In this document: one piece after another, positions 24,109 through 35,399 of the stretch
Layout of the letters: each line of letters begins with the position of its first letter
How positions within the stretch are numbered: position 1 is the first letter of the stretch
Assembly: GCA_001600815.1 (NCBI GenBank)
Contig: BCKZ01000012.1
Span: forward strand, 62,001-126,000
Reading direction: 5' to 3'
Source of the DNA: Alloascoidea hylecoeti
Taxonomy: Eukaryota
Length of the DNA: 64,000 bases
Made by a program: the position numbers and the translations under genes
Notes under the pieces: generated by a model
Told to the model about the DNA's origin: nothing
The model's database searches: none
The model's input: the letters and a program-made list of their open reading frames with translations, nothing else

Positions 24109-25536
24109 ATGATGGGGCCTCCAAATGTTAACTTATCTCACACTTTATGGTCCCCTTCGGATACTATTAAGGATGTAGCAGAATCTTTGGGTCTAAATAA
24201 CATCCCCGAAGAGGTCTCAAAGGCATTGGCGATGGATGTAGAATATCGAATGCATGAAATATTAGAGCAAGCTTTGAAGTTTATGAGACATAGCAAAAGG
24301 AAAACACTAAGAACAGATGATATAGGTAAAGCTTTACGTGTTCTAAATATTGAACCTATGTACGGCTATGAAACTGCACAACCATTGAATTTTAAAGAGG
24401 CGATGATTGGTCCTGGACAAACATTATATTTTGTTGATGATGGAGAGGTTGATTTTGAAAAGTTGATTAATCAACCATTACCAAAAGTTCCACGAGAAGT
24501 CACTTTTACTGCTCACTGGTTAGCTATTGAGGGAGTGCAACCGAGAATTCCTCAAAATCCTTCGCCTTCAGAGATTAAGCAACTCCCTACTACTGTTAGA
24601 GGCTCACAAGTAAGCAATTCGATTACAGCGGCAACTGCCCTTTCAAATGATATTGAAGTCAAGCCATTAGTGAAGCATGTATTATCAAAAGAATTGCAAC
24701 TATATTTTGATCGCGTTGTAAGCGCATTAACTTCTCCCAACCCAAATGATGAGCATTTGAAACAGGCAGCAGTGACTAGTTTAAAACAAGATACAGGGCT
24801 TCATCAATTGGTTCCATATTTAATTCAGTTTGTGTCGGAGAAGATAACTCATAATTTGAAAACAACTGACATGCTAATGACAATTTTATCGGTAATAAAT
24901 GCTTTATTGTCAAATAAAACTATCTTCATCGAACCTTACATCCATTCATTAATACCATGTGTTCTCACTCTATTATTAGCCAAAAAAATGGGCTCCCCAG
25001 CTAGGGATGGTCAAACCATGTCAATCACTCAATATGATATTAGGGATTTTGCTTCTTTAATTCTCCGAGTTATTTGCGATGAATATGGTGCATCATATCA
25101 GACCTTGAAACCACGAGTAACTCGAACTTTGCTGAAGGCTTTCTTAGATACATCCAATCCAACCGGAACTTTATATGGGTCTGTCCTGGGACTCAAAGCT
25201 CTTGGGCCCGAAATCATTCGAGTGGTAATTTTAGGAAATGTTAAATTATGGGTAGAAGGTGTTTATTCAAGGGTAGAGGACTTAGAAGATCGGGAGAGAT
25301 TAATTAATGCTGTGATTGATACTTTGGGAGAATTAGTGAATAGCTCTGATGCTACGGTTAATGGAAATGAGAAGGGTCCTAACAATGACATGGAAATTGA
25401 TTCGGATGAAGTAAATGACATGGACGTGCTATACGAAAGATTGAAGAAACGAATCGGGGTAATGTTAGCTGAGAAGATCAGGGGGCAGTCTAATGGTAAT
25501 GAAATTACCAAGGCCATTTTCTTTGGTGAAGTTTAA
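24109..25536 (+). CDS. TAF6: TFIID/SAGA subunit Taf6
   Basis: Histone fold (LAMDVEYRMHEILEQALKFMRH), HWLAIEGVQP, KHVLSKELQLYF, HEAT C-domain. Confidence 0.96.
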   Translation: MMGPPNVNLSHTLWSPSDTIKDVAESLGLNNIPEEVSKALAMDVEYRMHEILEQALKFMRHSKRKTLRTDDIGKALRVLNIEPMYGYETAQPLNFKEAMIGPGQTLYFVDDGEVDFEKLINQPLPKVPREVTFTAHWLAIEGVQPRIPQNPSPSEIKQLPTTVRGSQVSNSITAATALSNDIEVKPLVKHVLSKELQLYFDRVVSALTSPNPNDEHLKQAAVTSLKQDTGLHQLVPYLIQFVSEKITHNLKTTDMLMTILSVINALLSNKTIFIEPYIHSLIPCVLTLLLAKKMGSPARDGQTMSITQYDIRDFASLILRVICDEYGASYQTLKPRVTRTLLKAFLDTSNPTGTLYGSVLGLKALGPEIIRVVILGNVKLWVEGVYSRVEDLEDRERLINAVIDTLGELVNSSDATVNGNEKGPNNDMEIDSDEVNDMDVLYERLKKRIGVMLAEKIRGQSNGNEITKAIFFGEV

Positions 25537-25739
25537 ACAAATATCTATGTTATTTAAGTGTATTTTACGAATTGATTACTACCTAATGCAACTCTTATGT
25601 AAAACATTTTTTTTCATTCAATTTAAGATCTTAGATGTTACAATCTTAAATTTTAATTATTGGTGAAAGGGTGCACCTCGGTTTATTGGTATCATTAACT
25701 ACCAAAACAAAACCTTCAAAATTATGTAAATGATTTCTA

Positions 25740-28373
25740 ATGCCTTTTCCAAGAATACATATAACTGACATTAATACAAACGAAAGGATTACAGTTATAC
25801 CATTTAGGGAATTAACACCTAACCTCATATCGTTTTCACAACTCTTCAAAGACACTGCACATAATACAAAATCAAAAGGCAATTCAAACCATAACGGTCC
25901 ACGAGTTCAGTTTTTCACTATACCTGAAAATTCACCATTGTTCTCATTTCTAACCGAAAAAGTCATACATAAACAGATTATAGATAGGCCGTGTCTTATT
26001 GGGAAAACCGAGGAAGATAAGAGCTTACACATAATTCAACAGGTTTCACAGAACGTGTGGGCCCTATGTAAAGTTGATAAAAATCTAAAAATTAATGAAA
26101 TAAATACTTTAGTTAGTAAGGAAGAACAAAGTGATACAGTTAATTCAATACCCAGCAATTCCAATGAATTAAACTCCATATCATCTTCTGTAGACATGTC
26201 AAACTTTACAATCGAGGACCTTTCAAGCCTGTCAAGTATGGAAATGGTTGATTTTGACTTACAATCTAATGATTCAAGTACTGAATTTTCAATGTCCCCA
26301 CCAAGTTCCAGTAATAAGAAAAAGAAATCACTGCCTTCTAATCTTTCAACATCATCGTCAACATCACCATCTCCTACGGAAAAGGATATTCTCATCGCCC
26401 TGAAAAAGAAATATTATGATGCATTATATTTAGGGTCAACACCCCTTGTTTTTTTTGTTAAATCAACATTATCTAAAATAAGAATCTTATATGATTCAAT
26501 AAGTCCAGCAACAGAAGAGAAGCCATTCTTAAATCTAATATTGACTCAAGATACTCTATCTAAATTGATTTTATCTATTGTTGAATTTGATAAGAAATAT
26601 TCTGGAACAAATCTTTATAAAAGTACACAAATTGATGAACTGGAATCTGATTATTTAAAAAAATGGAGAAATAAGGTATTTGATGACTTAGCAAGTACTG
26701 TAAATGGTGGTATGAATATAATAGAAAGTAAAAAGAAAGAGATAAACAAGAATATAGAAGTGAAAATTGAAGATGATGCTGATAAAGAATCATCCCCAAA
26801 CAACGCTAATAATCATGTTTTTTTAAAAAGGAAACTTGATATTTTAAAGGCAAGGGAGGTTAAACTACAAATTATTTTATTACTTGAAGTTTTAACTTTA
26901 AAACAAGAATTACCATTAGATGTCACATCGAAAGAGACAAATGGGCATAAACAGTTCAAAAGGCAACTAGTTAGTAATCGAAAACTTAAAAGAAAACGTA
27001 AATCAAAACATGATCTTGAAAAAATTGATTTGAATGAAGATAAGGAACCATCAAAAGAAATGGATTATTCAACTTTAATTAATTTATATGTCGATAGAGC
27101 ATGTATTTTAGAAGCAATCAATCAAATAACAACGATTGATAAAAATATAACAGAATCAAAATTACAGGAATTTTGTTATGAATTAGTTATGCCTTTTTAT
27201 GGTTCAAAATTGGCAAAACAAACACAACTAATAATTGAAAAATGTACTGGTATTATACCACGACCACCACGCAAATCTAAATCCTCTTCACGCTTGGAAA
27301 CAAGGCCTAGGTCAAAGTCGGTTGCAACTGAACATAAGTCGAAGAGAAACTCACTAGTTTCGAATTCGAAATTAAAGCATGAAGAATCATCTCAAAACTT
27401 GAATTCTTTATTAGAGCAAGATAAAAAGAGGAGATCCTTTCATCGTCAATCGAGCGTTCTTGCATTCGATCCTTCAGAAATTGAAGAAGATCAACCAGCA
27501 GTAACAAAACCTCTATCAAGGCTAAAAAAGGAAGGGTTCAATAGATCAAGATCATTGATCCTACCATCGAGACATAAATACACTCATGAAAAGGAAGAGG
27601 ATTCACACAATAATGATCCTAAAGACCACAAAAGTACTGACCGAGTACCAAAACATAAATTAAAGAGAACTTTAAGTACTGCGAGGAGTTTTTCATCTTC
27701 ATTACAACGAAGACAGGTGGATGTTACATTTAGTGCATCTTCCTTAAAATCCGAAACATCAACAACTACTTCATCATCGGTCTACAAGCAATCTTCTAAA
27801 CATCATCAACCTGGAAGTCGTTTAAGTGTTGAAGAAGAGTTAGTCAATGCTATTAAACAGATATCCAAGCCACATAGAACAACATTAGCAGAAGAACTAG
27901 CTGATCAGAAGGAGCAAAGAGAAATATTAACAGCATCTAAAAGAAGAAAAATTACCAGCCATAAAAGATCCAATGTCATTAATTCACATTCCCAGGTTAC
28001 AGAAACACCTAGCAAGCCATCAAGGCATCAAACATTCTTCTCTAAAAATTATAAAGCGCCTTCTTTATCGTTTTCCAAAACGTCATATGCTTTACCTTTA
28101 CCGCCGCTTCCAACACCCGCTAACTCATCAGATAACAGAAATGCCACTTCTAATGAAGATATAGACACGAAAGGTGTCAAGACTAATGTATTCCAAACGC
28201 CACAGAAAAAACAAATCCTCCCAATGGCCTCATGTGAAATTGATTCATCGCCTATTCTATTGGATACTCCATTGGGCAAAAATCCAAAAATTAATCTCAG
28301 TGGATCGAATGAAAGAAGATGGACTCGAAAAGATGAAGAAAACCTAGGAGAAATTTTCTCATCATCTCCATGA
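25740..28373 (+). CDS. SLD3: DNA replication initiation factor Sld3-like
   Basis: YYDALYLGSTPLVFFVKSTLSK, LKAREVKLQIILLLEVL and FCYELVMPFY match the Cdc45-binding Sld3 domain; TP/SP CDK sites in the C-terminus. Confidence 0.75.
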   Translation: MPFPRIHITDINTNERITVIPFRELTPNLISFSQLFKDTAHNTKSKGNSNHNGPRVQFFTIPENSPLFSFLTEKVIHKQIIDRPCLIGKTEEDKSLHIIQQVSQNVWALCKVDKNLKINEINTLVSKEEQSDTVNSIPSNSNELNSISSSVDMSNFTIEDLSSLSSMEMVDFDLQSNDSSTEFSMSPPSSSNKKKKSLPSNLSTSSSTSPSPTEKDILIALKKKYYDALYLGSTPLVFFVKSTLSKIRILYDSISPATEEKPFLNLILTQDTLSKLILSIVEFDKKYSGTNLYKSTQIDELESDYLKKWRNKVFDDLASTVNGGMNIIESKKKEINKNIEVKIEDDADKESSPNNANNHVFLKRKLDILKAREVKLQIILLLEVLTLKQELPLDVTSKETNGHKQFKRQLVSNRKLKRKRKSKHDLEKIDLNEDKEPSKEMDYSTLINLYVDRACILEAINQITTIDKNITESKLQEFCYELVMPFYGSKLAKQTQLIIEKCTGIIPRPPRKSKSSSRLETRPRSKSVATEHKSKRNSLVSNSKLKHEESSQNLNSLLEQDKKRRSFHRQSSVLAFDPSEIEEDQPAVTKPLSRLKKEGFNRSRSLILPSRHKYTHEKEEDSHNNDPKDHKSTDRVPKHKLKRTLSTARSFSSSLQRRQVDVTFSASSLKSETSTTTSSSVYKQSSKHHQPGSRLSVEEELVNAIKQISKPHRTTLAEELADQKEQREILTASKRRKITSHKRSNVINSHSQVTETPSKPSRHQTFFSKNYKAPSLSFSKTSYALPLPPLPTPANSSDNRNATSNEDIDTKGVKTNVFQTPQKKQILPMASCEIDSSPILLDTPLGKNPKINLSGSNERRWTRKDEENLGEIFSSSP

Positions 28374-29290
28374 TATAAGCTTATATATGTCCTTATCCGT
28401 TAATTAGTGAAATAGCTAAGTAGTAGATATGTTTATCAATTACATGTGGTAAAGGATTAGTAAAATAGATTAATTTATAAGTAATTTAATGATACACTAT
28501 TAAAGTAAAGCCTCTCCAAGTGAGAATTGATTCAGTTAAATAGACTTCAGAAAAGAATAGCCATAAGTGTATAAAGAGCTTTTATGCTGAATTTGTTTCC
28601 TTATACATGTACTAAATCTGTTTTATCCACTGCTATAGATCGATACCTTTTCTTCCGAATTCCTGTATCATTCGATGGGCCTTACCTATAACATATATTT
28701 AAGGTTGTATACGCGCATGCTGTTTTCAATCTTCGAGGTAAAACAAGATTAATCATGAATGAATGTGGCTTTATAATATAGGCCCTATATGTCTTCTTTC
28801 TCCCCTATGTGTGGCCAATGGCCATATTTAAATGAATGAAGTCTCAATTGCACTATTCTGTGGGTTTCTTTGACTGATTGACATCCAATCCTGCATTGCA
28901 TACAATAAAAGATAGTATTTTTCGTAAGTTCAAAATCACAATAGCAAGAAATACCGTTTGTCCACTAAAATAAAATCTTCCATTGTGTTTTCGGCATAAG
29001 TATGCTGATAGAGCACTAAACTATTATATTTAGTAATATTGGCAAGCACCTTATCTCTGCAAGTGATAAACAAGATTACCGTTTAACATGTATGACATGG
29101 CAGTTTGCATGCAACACAACCATGCAGACTACTAGATTAGCCCGTTTGCAGATATACGCGCCATATAAGTTATTCCCAGAAATATCGGACTAGCTATTTG
29201 TATTGAAAATGCGAAATATAATACAGGCTCGAAAGACAAGTTACCGCAAACGGAAGTAAAGGATGTGCGCTATTGGCAACTACATGCACG

Positions 29291-29296
29291 CACGTG
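29291..29296. promoter_or_regulatory. E-box CACGTG upstream of the bHLH gene
   Basis: CACGTGGG at 29291 and CCAAT at about 29310, roughly 180 bp upstream of ATG 29472. Confidence 0.45.
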
Positions 29297-29471
29297 GGTT
29301 CTACAGGCCCAATGAGAAGGAGCGGCTGTGCCATGTGGAGCACTCTTAACTTTATACTTTAAATCTAAGTGTGACTAGTACAGCTGCATTTCTAGTAAAT
29401 ATGATATATAAACATTTTTAAATGTATATTTGAAATGTATAATTCTTTTTCCAAACCTCGGGGCCTGTATC

Positions 29472-30911
29472 ATGTCGAAATCTCTCTCATTTGAGTCCTA
29501 TCCAAATCCTCCTCCACTCAAAAGAACTATTATCAGAGTTAATCCTGCTGCTGATAATGCAAAAGAAAGAATACAAAGAAATCAATCTAAAAGAAGACGG
29601 ACATCTGAAAATGGTGATAAAGGCGGAAGTGATAATTATAACCATTTCACAGAAACCAAGAGTTGCACAAAGGACAAACAGCTGACAGGTAAAGAGCATG
29701 AAAAGGAAAAGGAAAAAGAGAATAGAAGAAATGCACATAGAACTGCTCATTCCATAATTGAAAAGAATCGTCGTTTGAAAATGAATAAACAGTTTGAATT
29801 ATTGAAGCAATTAGTTCCCGCCTTCAATAATAAGATTTCTAGCTCGACTTCTGCTGCTGACTCAAGCTCAGAATCTGGAGTCTTCAAGCTAACAATTCTT
29901 GAAGCTACTGTCGAATATATTGTCTATCTGCATGACTTGATTAAGACCATGGAGAAGTCAAGAAATGGTAGCGCTGTTGTATTTGATAGCCCAGATAATT
30001 ATCAAACTGCACCCTCAATTTCCAATCTTTTGAATAAGTCTGGAGTGACATGCAGTAACAATACTACAATTTCAGACAGTCCTCAAGGAGGATTATCTAA
30101 CTCTAGATCTACTAACGTTAACTTATTATCTTCTTCTTCCTCTTCTCTAGTGTCTTCTGTCTTTTCAAGTTGCACAGAATCCGAAACAAATCATGATCTA
30201 GTTAGAGTCATTAGTAAACAGCAGCCGATTATAAATAAATGTAATCAAGATTTATCAATATCTAGATCTATTGCAAAACCTACTTTAACACATGAAAAGT
30301 CTTTTTCATTTATAGATATGACACAACTGCAAGATAGTTCAAAGCCTAGAGCGAAGATAACAACTACTGCTACTATAGATGATCATAGAAATGTGCCCAG
30401 GCCCTTACAATTTATATTTCCTATGGTTAATAATCAAAATAAGCGTCATAAATCCACCTCTATTCAGCCAGTCGTGGCCAATGTTTCATCTAACTCTGAA
30501 TTTCCAATTAAACCCAAATGTTCTACAGTTAGTAATTCTCTACCTTCAATCCAATTCCTATCTAGAAGTGATTCAACATTTCCTCTCCAGGTTCCACGAA
30601 TTTTACCGCCAATTCAATCTCCACCGCGATCACAATCATTTACAAAACTTCAATCTTCCGCTACCGATTTATCACATTACAAATTTCAAAATCTAACAAT
30701 AGATCCTAGGTTAAAGTCTATCCAGAATTCAAGCGAATCAAATCATGATCATTTGCATGACATTTCGAAAATGAATAGAAATGATATGATTCTTAGGGGT
30801 TCTAGATCAAGATCTCTATCTATGGATATAGTTACTACTAAATATCCTGATTATAATAACGTGTACACCATGACCAGCACTTCACCCAAAGAAAATTTGA
30901 AGAATGTGTAA
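29472..30911 (+). CDS. bHLH transcription factor
   Basis: RTAHSIIEKNRRLKMNKQFELLKQLVP...KLTILEATVEYI; first ATG at 29472. Confidence 0.9.
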   Translation: MSKSLSFESYPNPPPLKRTIIRVNPAADNAKERIQRNQSKRRRTSENGDKGGSDNYNHFTETKSCTKDKQLTGKEHEKEKEKENRRNAHRTAHSIIEKNRRLKMNKQFELLKQLVPAFNNKISSSTSAADSSSESGVFKLTILEATVEYIVYLHDLIKTMEKSRNGSAVVFDSPDNYQTAPSISNLLNKSGVTCSNNTTISDSPQGGLSNSRSTNVNLLSSSSSSLVSSVFSSCTESETNHDLVRVISKQQPIINKCNQDLSISRSIAKPTLTHEKSFSFIDMTQLQDSSKPRAKITTTATIDDHRNVPRPLQFIFPMVNNQNKRHKSTSIQPVVANVSSNSEFPIKPKCSTVSNSLPSIQFLSRSDSTFPLQVPRILPPIQSPPRSQSFTKLQSSATDLSHYKFQNLTIDPRLKSIQNSSESNHDHLHDISKMNRNDMILRGSRSRSLSMDIVTTKYPDYNNVYTMTSTSPKENLKNV

Positions 30912-31100
30912 AATACTATCGATATAGCTGCTATAGTATTATTGCCCCATTATTTAAGTTCACATATAACTTATATATCCTACATATAATGCATTTTTTA
31001 TCATATTTATTTATTATTGATGTCTGTTTTTGTTCTTGAATCGTAATTTTAGTTAAGAGATTCGTTTTGAAATTTGAAGTGATTATTTTGTAGTACTTTA

Positions 31101-31525
31101 TGTTAGATATACTACACTCTTGGAACAGTTCACTAAAGAGTCAATTGGCTTTTTGGCGCAACTGGGAGAACAGGCACTTTGAGCTTTAATACTTTATATA
31201 TGCCATCACAAATTATGAAGCGTATTATTGAAAACGAATTAGACTTTTACTAAATCGAGTTAAGCGCCGAACGATAAAAAAAGATGCTGATAGAAAGACG
31301 CCAAAAGAAAAACTTAATTGAAATTCTCAACCATCACTATCATGAAAAGAAAAGAAATATCTTAATTCAAAGCGGGGAACGAACAATGGACGTTTGACCC
31401 TAGAGTATCCCTTGCCAAGCATGGTTGCGCTGTTAATAAATCACTATTATTTATGATTGTCGAAGAGTGCATCCAAACGCGAGTCAATTCTCAGGTTACG
31501 TGGTTCTAAACAGATATCAATAACA
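31101..31525 (+). repeat. LTR-like repeat copy A (TGTTAGATAT...ATATCAATAACA)
   Basis: First ~80 bp homologous to copies at 31531 and 35180; TG...CA ends; no matching TSD. Confidence 0.5.
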
Positions 31526-31530
31526 ATTAA

Positions 31531-31603
31531 TGTTGGATATGATACCACTCGATCTTTAGAACAGTTCACAAGAAGTTGTTTGGTTTTTTGACGTAACTGG
31601 GAC
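31531..31603 (+). repeat. LTR-like repeat copy B (truncated)
   Basis: TGTTGGATATGATACCACTC...TAGAACAGTTCACAAGAAGTTG...TTTTTGACGTAACTGGGA. Confidence 0.6.
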
Positions 31604-31640
31604 AAAAACCGATATCGAATTGGAGATTAAAGAACTCTCA

Positions 31641-32084
31641 TTACCAATTATTGTCTTTGGGTATGATGAAAAGGATAAAAGAACAGTAAAAAGGTTATCC
31701 ATCTTATTAGAGAGTAAGAGCTAGGTTAGTAAAAAAAACAATGATATGCATATTGATAAGAAAGTTCAAACCCGATGACAAATTTCTGCATAGTGATACA
31801 ACAAGAATACTGAAAATCCGTCAAAAAGCAATTTTTTTAAATTTAGTATGCTCGTTTTTAATGCTCGTTTTTAAACATAATTTAAAAAAATTGCTTTTTG
31901 ACGGATTTTCAGTATTCTTGTTGTATCACTATGCAGAAATTTGTCATCGGGTTTGAACTTTCTTATCAATATGCATATCATTGTTTTTTTTACTAACCTA
32001 GCTCTTACCCTCTAATAAGATGGATAACCTTTTTACTGTTATTTTATAGTTCTTATCATCATATCCAAAGACAATAATTGGTAA
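31641..32084. repeat. Large inverted repeat: 162-bp core arms (1 mismatch), more diverged outer arms, 35-nt spacer
   Basis: 31682-31843 pairs with 31879-32040; the spacer holds tandem ATGCTCGTTTTTA x2. Confidence 0.97.
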
Positions 32085-32400
32085 GTTGTCTTAATCTCAT
32101 CAACTCTCTTGAAATCTAAGCGGAGAATTATGGCTTTAACAATTTATTTCTCCTTCATTTAGTTTAACGGGTTGGGAGTGCTCATCAAAGAATGTTAATT
32201 GGCAGATTGTTGATAAGCTCAATAAATTGGTTCTGAAAGTTGTGTGAATTCTCAAACAAGAAGTTCAAATTTTCTTCTGGTTTTGTTGAAAGAAAGAAAC
32301 TTTTCCATTTAACAGCATCCTGGTGATAATACGTCCAGCTAAATGCTTCAGTAAATTCACCACCAGATCACTACCATTTCAATCAGGTGCTTCTTACAGC
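31879..32400 (-). mobile_element. Decayed Ty1/copia integrase fragment
   Basis: Frameshifted GSD/GGEFT (cf. SDNGGEF), TYYHQDAV, LINNLPINIL (cf. LINRLPS) and IIVFGYDDKNYKI (cf. CIFLGY...YK) in copia order. Confidence 0.6.
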
Positions 32401-32559
32401 AATGAATAAGATTATTTTAAATCCAAAAATTTATGGAACTGTAATTATTACTTGTACGTACAAGTGATACAATCACTTCAATCATTAAATTTAAATGGTG
32501 TTTAATACCTAAAGGGTTAATGTTCATTTCAACAATATATATTGTGATTATTGTAATTA

Positions 32560-32620
32560 TTTTATTTTGAGTTTCTTCCTTCTGCAGAAACTAATGGTGT
32601 TTTACGGCGAGCCAATTCAC

Positions 32621-32659
<39 letters not shown>

Positions 32660-33330
32660 ACGATATTTCAAAATATAACATTTGAATAAATAGCTCTTGT
32701 GAAAATATATGACATGAAAACTAAAAGGATATTAAATCCAGGCATCAAGTCAAATTCTTTGAAGATTGCACTGGTAATGACAATCATAATATCCCAACCA
32801 CCTGAAAACAAGTCCTCGTTTACACCTTCGTTTTTTATCAAATTTTGTAATTTGTTTTCTAATGTGTAACACATCAAAGGTGTTAGAACAGGTTTCAGAA
32901 CTACCATTGAAACGTATAGAGCAATTGGTCGACCAGAAATAGTCATATAAACTATATCTTCAATGCAAGGCACAGGAATAAAAGAAAACATAACACCAAG
33001 CTGTACCCAACTGCTGTCTTGATTGAAGACCGCCCAGCGCTTCGCTGACAGTTTAATAATTATGAAAAATATTGCATAGGCGAGTAAAAACCAATTCTTG
33101 CCATCATCAAACTTTATAGTAGAACCAAATTACCTGTGATCATAATGTTTGCAAATATCAATAAAACCAGGTTGACTTTAGCTTTGTTTGAAAGCGTAAC
33201 CGCGTCTAAAATGAGTCTTATAATCTCAACTGGTGGAGAGTTTTCTCCATCTGCGTTTTGCTGAACATCAACTATAAGCCTTTCACGGGCATAATCTTGG
33301 AGTGGAAGGTATTGCTTTGATTATTTACTT
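32560..33330 (-). pseudogene. Frameshifted membrane-protein pseudogene with poly-Asp tail
   Basis: Three consecutive reading segments (QDYARE...; GSTIKFDDGKNWFLLAYAIF...YSNVIF; EISYDDDDD...GRNSK) in different frames; no start codon. Confidence 0.5.
32621..32659. repeat. (CAT)13 microsatellite
   Basis: 13 perfect units. Confidence 0.95.
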
Positions 33331-33779
33331 GTTGATTAACTGTGAAGGAGGATAAGAAAAGAAATGTGTAGGAGGATAATAATTAAATATGTTATATAGT
33401 CAGTGCTTGTTTTTTATTTGTCTACGCTTATTCACATCAGTACTACATATTATTTGTATAGCTATAGAAAAAACAACTTTTTTTCTTCAATCTACCAATA
33501 TTAACAGCTCAATTAGATTTATCAATATTTTCCAATACAGCACCATTATTGAAAATTTCACATTTTCTTGTCCAATGCAACTCACCATTTGTGGAAACAT
33601 CAGCTGTGACTAAGTTGGTGATATTTTCCTGATCCAAAAAAAATCACATTTCATAACTACCCATTGAATACTCTACAAGGCCTTCAATTGCTTCTAAAAT
33701 AGTACATAGTGATCTGTAAATTCTATAGATTATATTAGTGGATATAAATTGAAAATTTAAATTTAATACTTATTGTTGG

Positions 33780-34853
33780 CGCTATCCTACGAGTTCTAGC
33801 CAATCAGAATATCAATCATATACTGATCTATAAAGTCCCCGAATTTTTAAAGAGACATAAAAATTAGGTATTTATTCACCTTTGTAACATATGGAAGGCT
33901 CATAATCGAACTTTTATAGAGAAATTCCAAGTGCGCTTAATTGGATTCAGGTCCGGTGAAAAAGATGGCCATTCCAACACCTCTAACTTCTTCTCACAGA
34001 ACAAAATCATCATGATTTGAGCTTATAGCTAGTTCTGTTATCCAGCTTAAATTTTAAACCCTTATAACTCTAATCAAATGTCTCTTACAAAAGTTTTATG
34101 TAGGAATATGTGGTTCCTTTCTTCTGCAAGGATCACCAACCACCCTATACAGTAAATTAAGGCTTCCTTTCCAAATTTCAGTCCATACAATGAGACCTAA
34201 AAACCAATACTTCCTTACTCTAAGAGTTATTGATTTAAATACTTGGTGTGACTGTTGTGGAGCATATACGTTTACAACCGAACATTCTTCACAAAATAAA
34301 ACTCTATCGCAAATATAATAAGACTACTCAAACCTATATTTAGACAGTATCATTCTGTTAATAAGGCTCTTCTCATTCACATAAGACCATTTAAATGTCG
34401 AAAATATTCCATATTCATGTTTTTACAGAATTGTTCTTAGGTGGCCTTTGACATTTCAAAATTGAACTTTGAAGCGTGCTCACCAAATGTATTTAAGGGG
34501 GAAGTTTTCATAACCCTCAGAATTTGATTCATTGTCCTTTAAGTAAGTCATACAGCTATTTTTGTTGAATGAGGCTCTATACCAGAAAAATTGTTGCAAT
34601 ATTCATTAACGGTGAATCGTACAGATGAAAGTGTAATACTAACTTTTCTGCTTATTTCAGCAATTGAGAAGCCACATTTACACATATTGCAAATTTTAGT
34701 TTGTCTAGATGGTTGTAAATGAACTTCAGAATTAGAATTAAGTAGTATCTTGCTTATTACAATCTTAGAAGGCATTAATATTATATAAAAATGAGGCTGT
34801 TTTTTGGTGTGGTATGCATATGCAAAAAGAAGGCACAATTTATTGCTTACCGG
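33780..34853 (-). mobile_element. Decayed Tc1/mariner (Tc1-type) transposon
   Basis: HTH GFSIAEISRKVSITLSSVRFTV, DRVLFCEECSV (cf. VIWSDECSV), LIVWTEIW, EVLEWPSFSPDLNPIKRTW (cf. WPxxSPDLNPIE); many stops. Confidence 0.88.
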
Positions 34854-35179
34854 TACCGGGAGACGACTTATACCACAAGAATTACGTTAGTTTAAAGAAT
34901 AAGAAATTTCAATCGATTTTTGACTTGTGAAACTAATAGAATAATAGAAATCTGTTAAACTTTCATCAAGTGTAAGTCATTTATATAACTTATATGTTTG
35001 TTGTGTAAAATAAAAAAGACTTGATTAGGTTTATGTAGGCAGTTAAAAGAGGAAATTAGACTGTAAGTTTGGATCTCATTCATGCGTACATGTCCATTTG
35101 TTAATATAGTGCATGCATTTTGGGATATACAAAATCTTGTCGAAATACTTTATGATAATTAGCTGTTGCTCTAGCGGGG

Positions 35180-35260
35180 TGTTGGATATAATACCACTCA
35201 TAGAACAGCTCAAAAGAAGTTGATTGGCTTTTTGGCGTAACGGCAAGTTACAGGCATTTG
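35180..35260 (+). repeat. LTR-like repeat copy C preceded by purine tract AGCGGGG
   Basis: TGTTGGATATAATACCACTCATAGAACAGCTCAAAAGAAGTTGATTGGCTTTTTGGCGTAAC. Confidence 0.6.
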
Positions 35261-35399
35261 ACAATTAATGAGCATTAGTTGAGCAACCAATATTGTCATG
35301 GCCTTTTTAGATAGATTGTTTGTAAGATACCTCTTCTAAATTCTTCGCAAAGGAGAAAGATAAAGTGCAAAATTGATTCAAATGACTGAAATGAATAAG

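Noticed and set aside
31640..32400. Fanzor/TnpB relic suggested by LPIIVFGYD next to a long hairpin
   Set aside because: The neighbouring motifs (SD-GGEF, LINNLP, FGY..YK) fit copia integrase order better, and no convincing RuvC or zinc-finger motifs were found
32450..32465. 16-bp perfect palindrome ACTTGTACGTACAAGT
   Set aside because: Short and isolated, so plausible by chance in 64 kb
31101..35260. CRISPR-like array from the recurring TGTTGGATAT repeat
   Set aside because: Only three diverged, irregularly spaced copies in a eukaryote, with no cas genes
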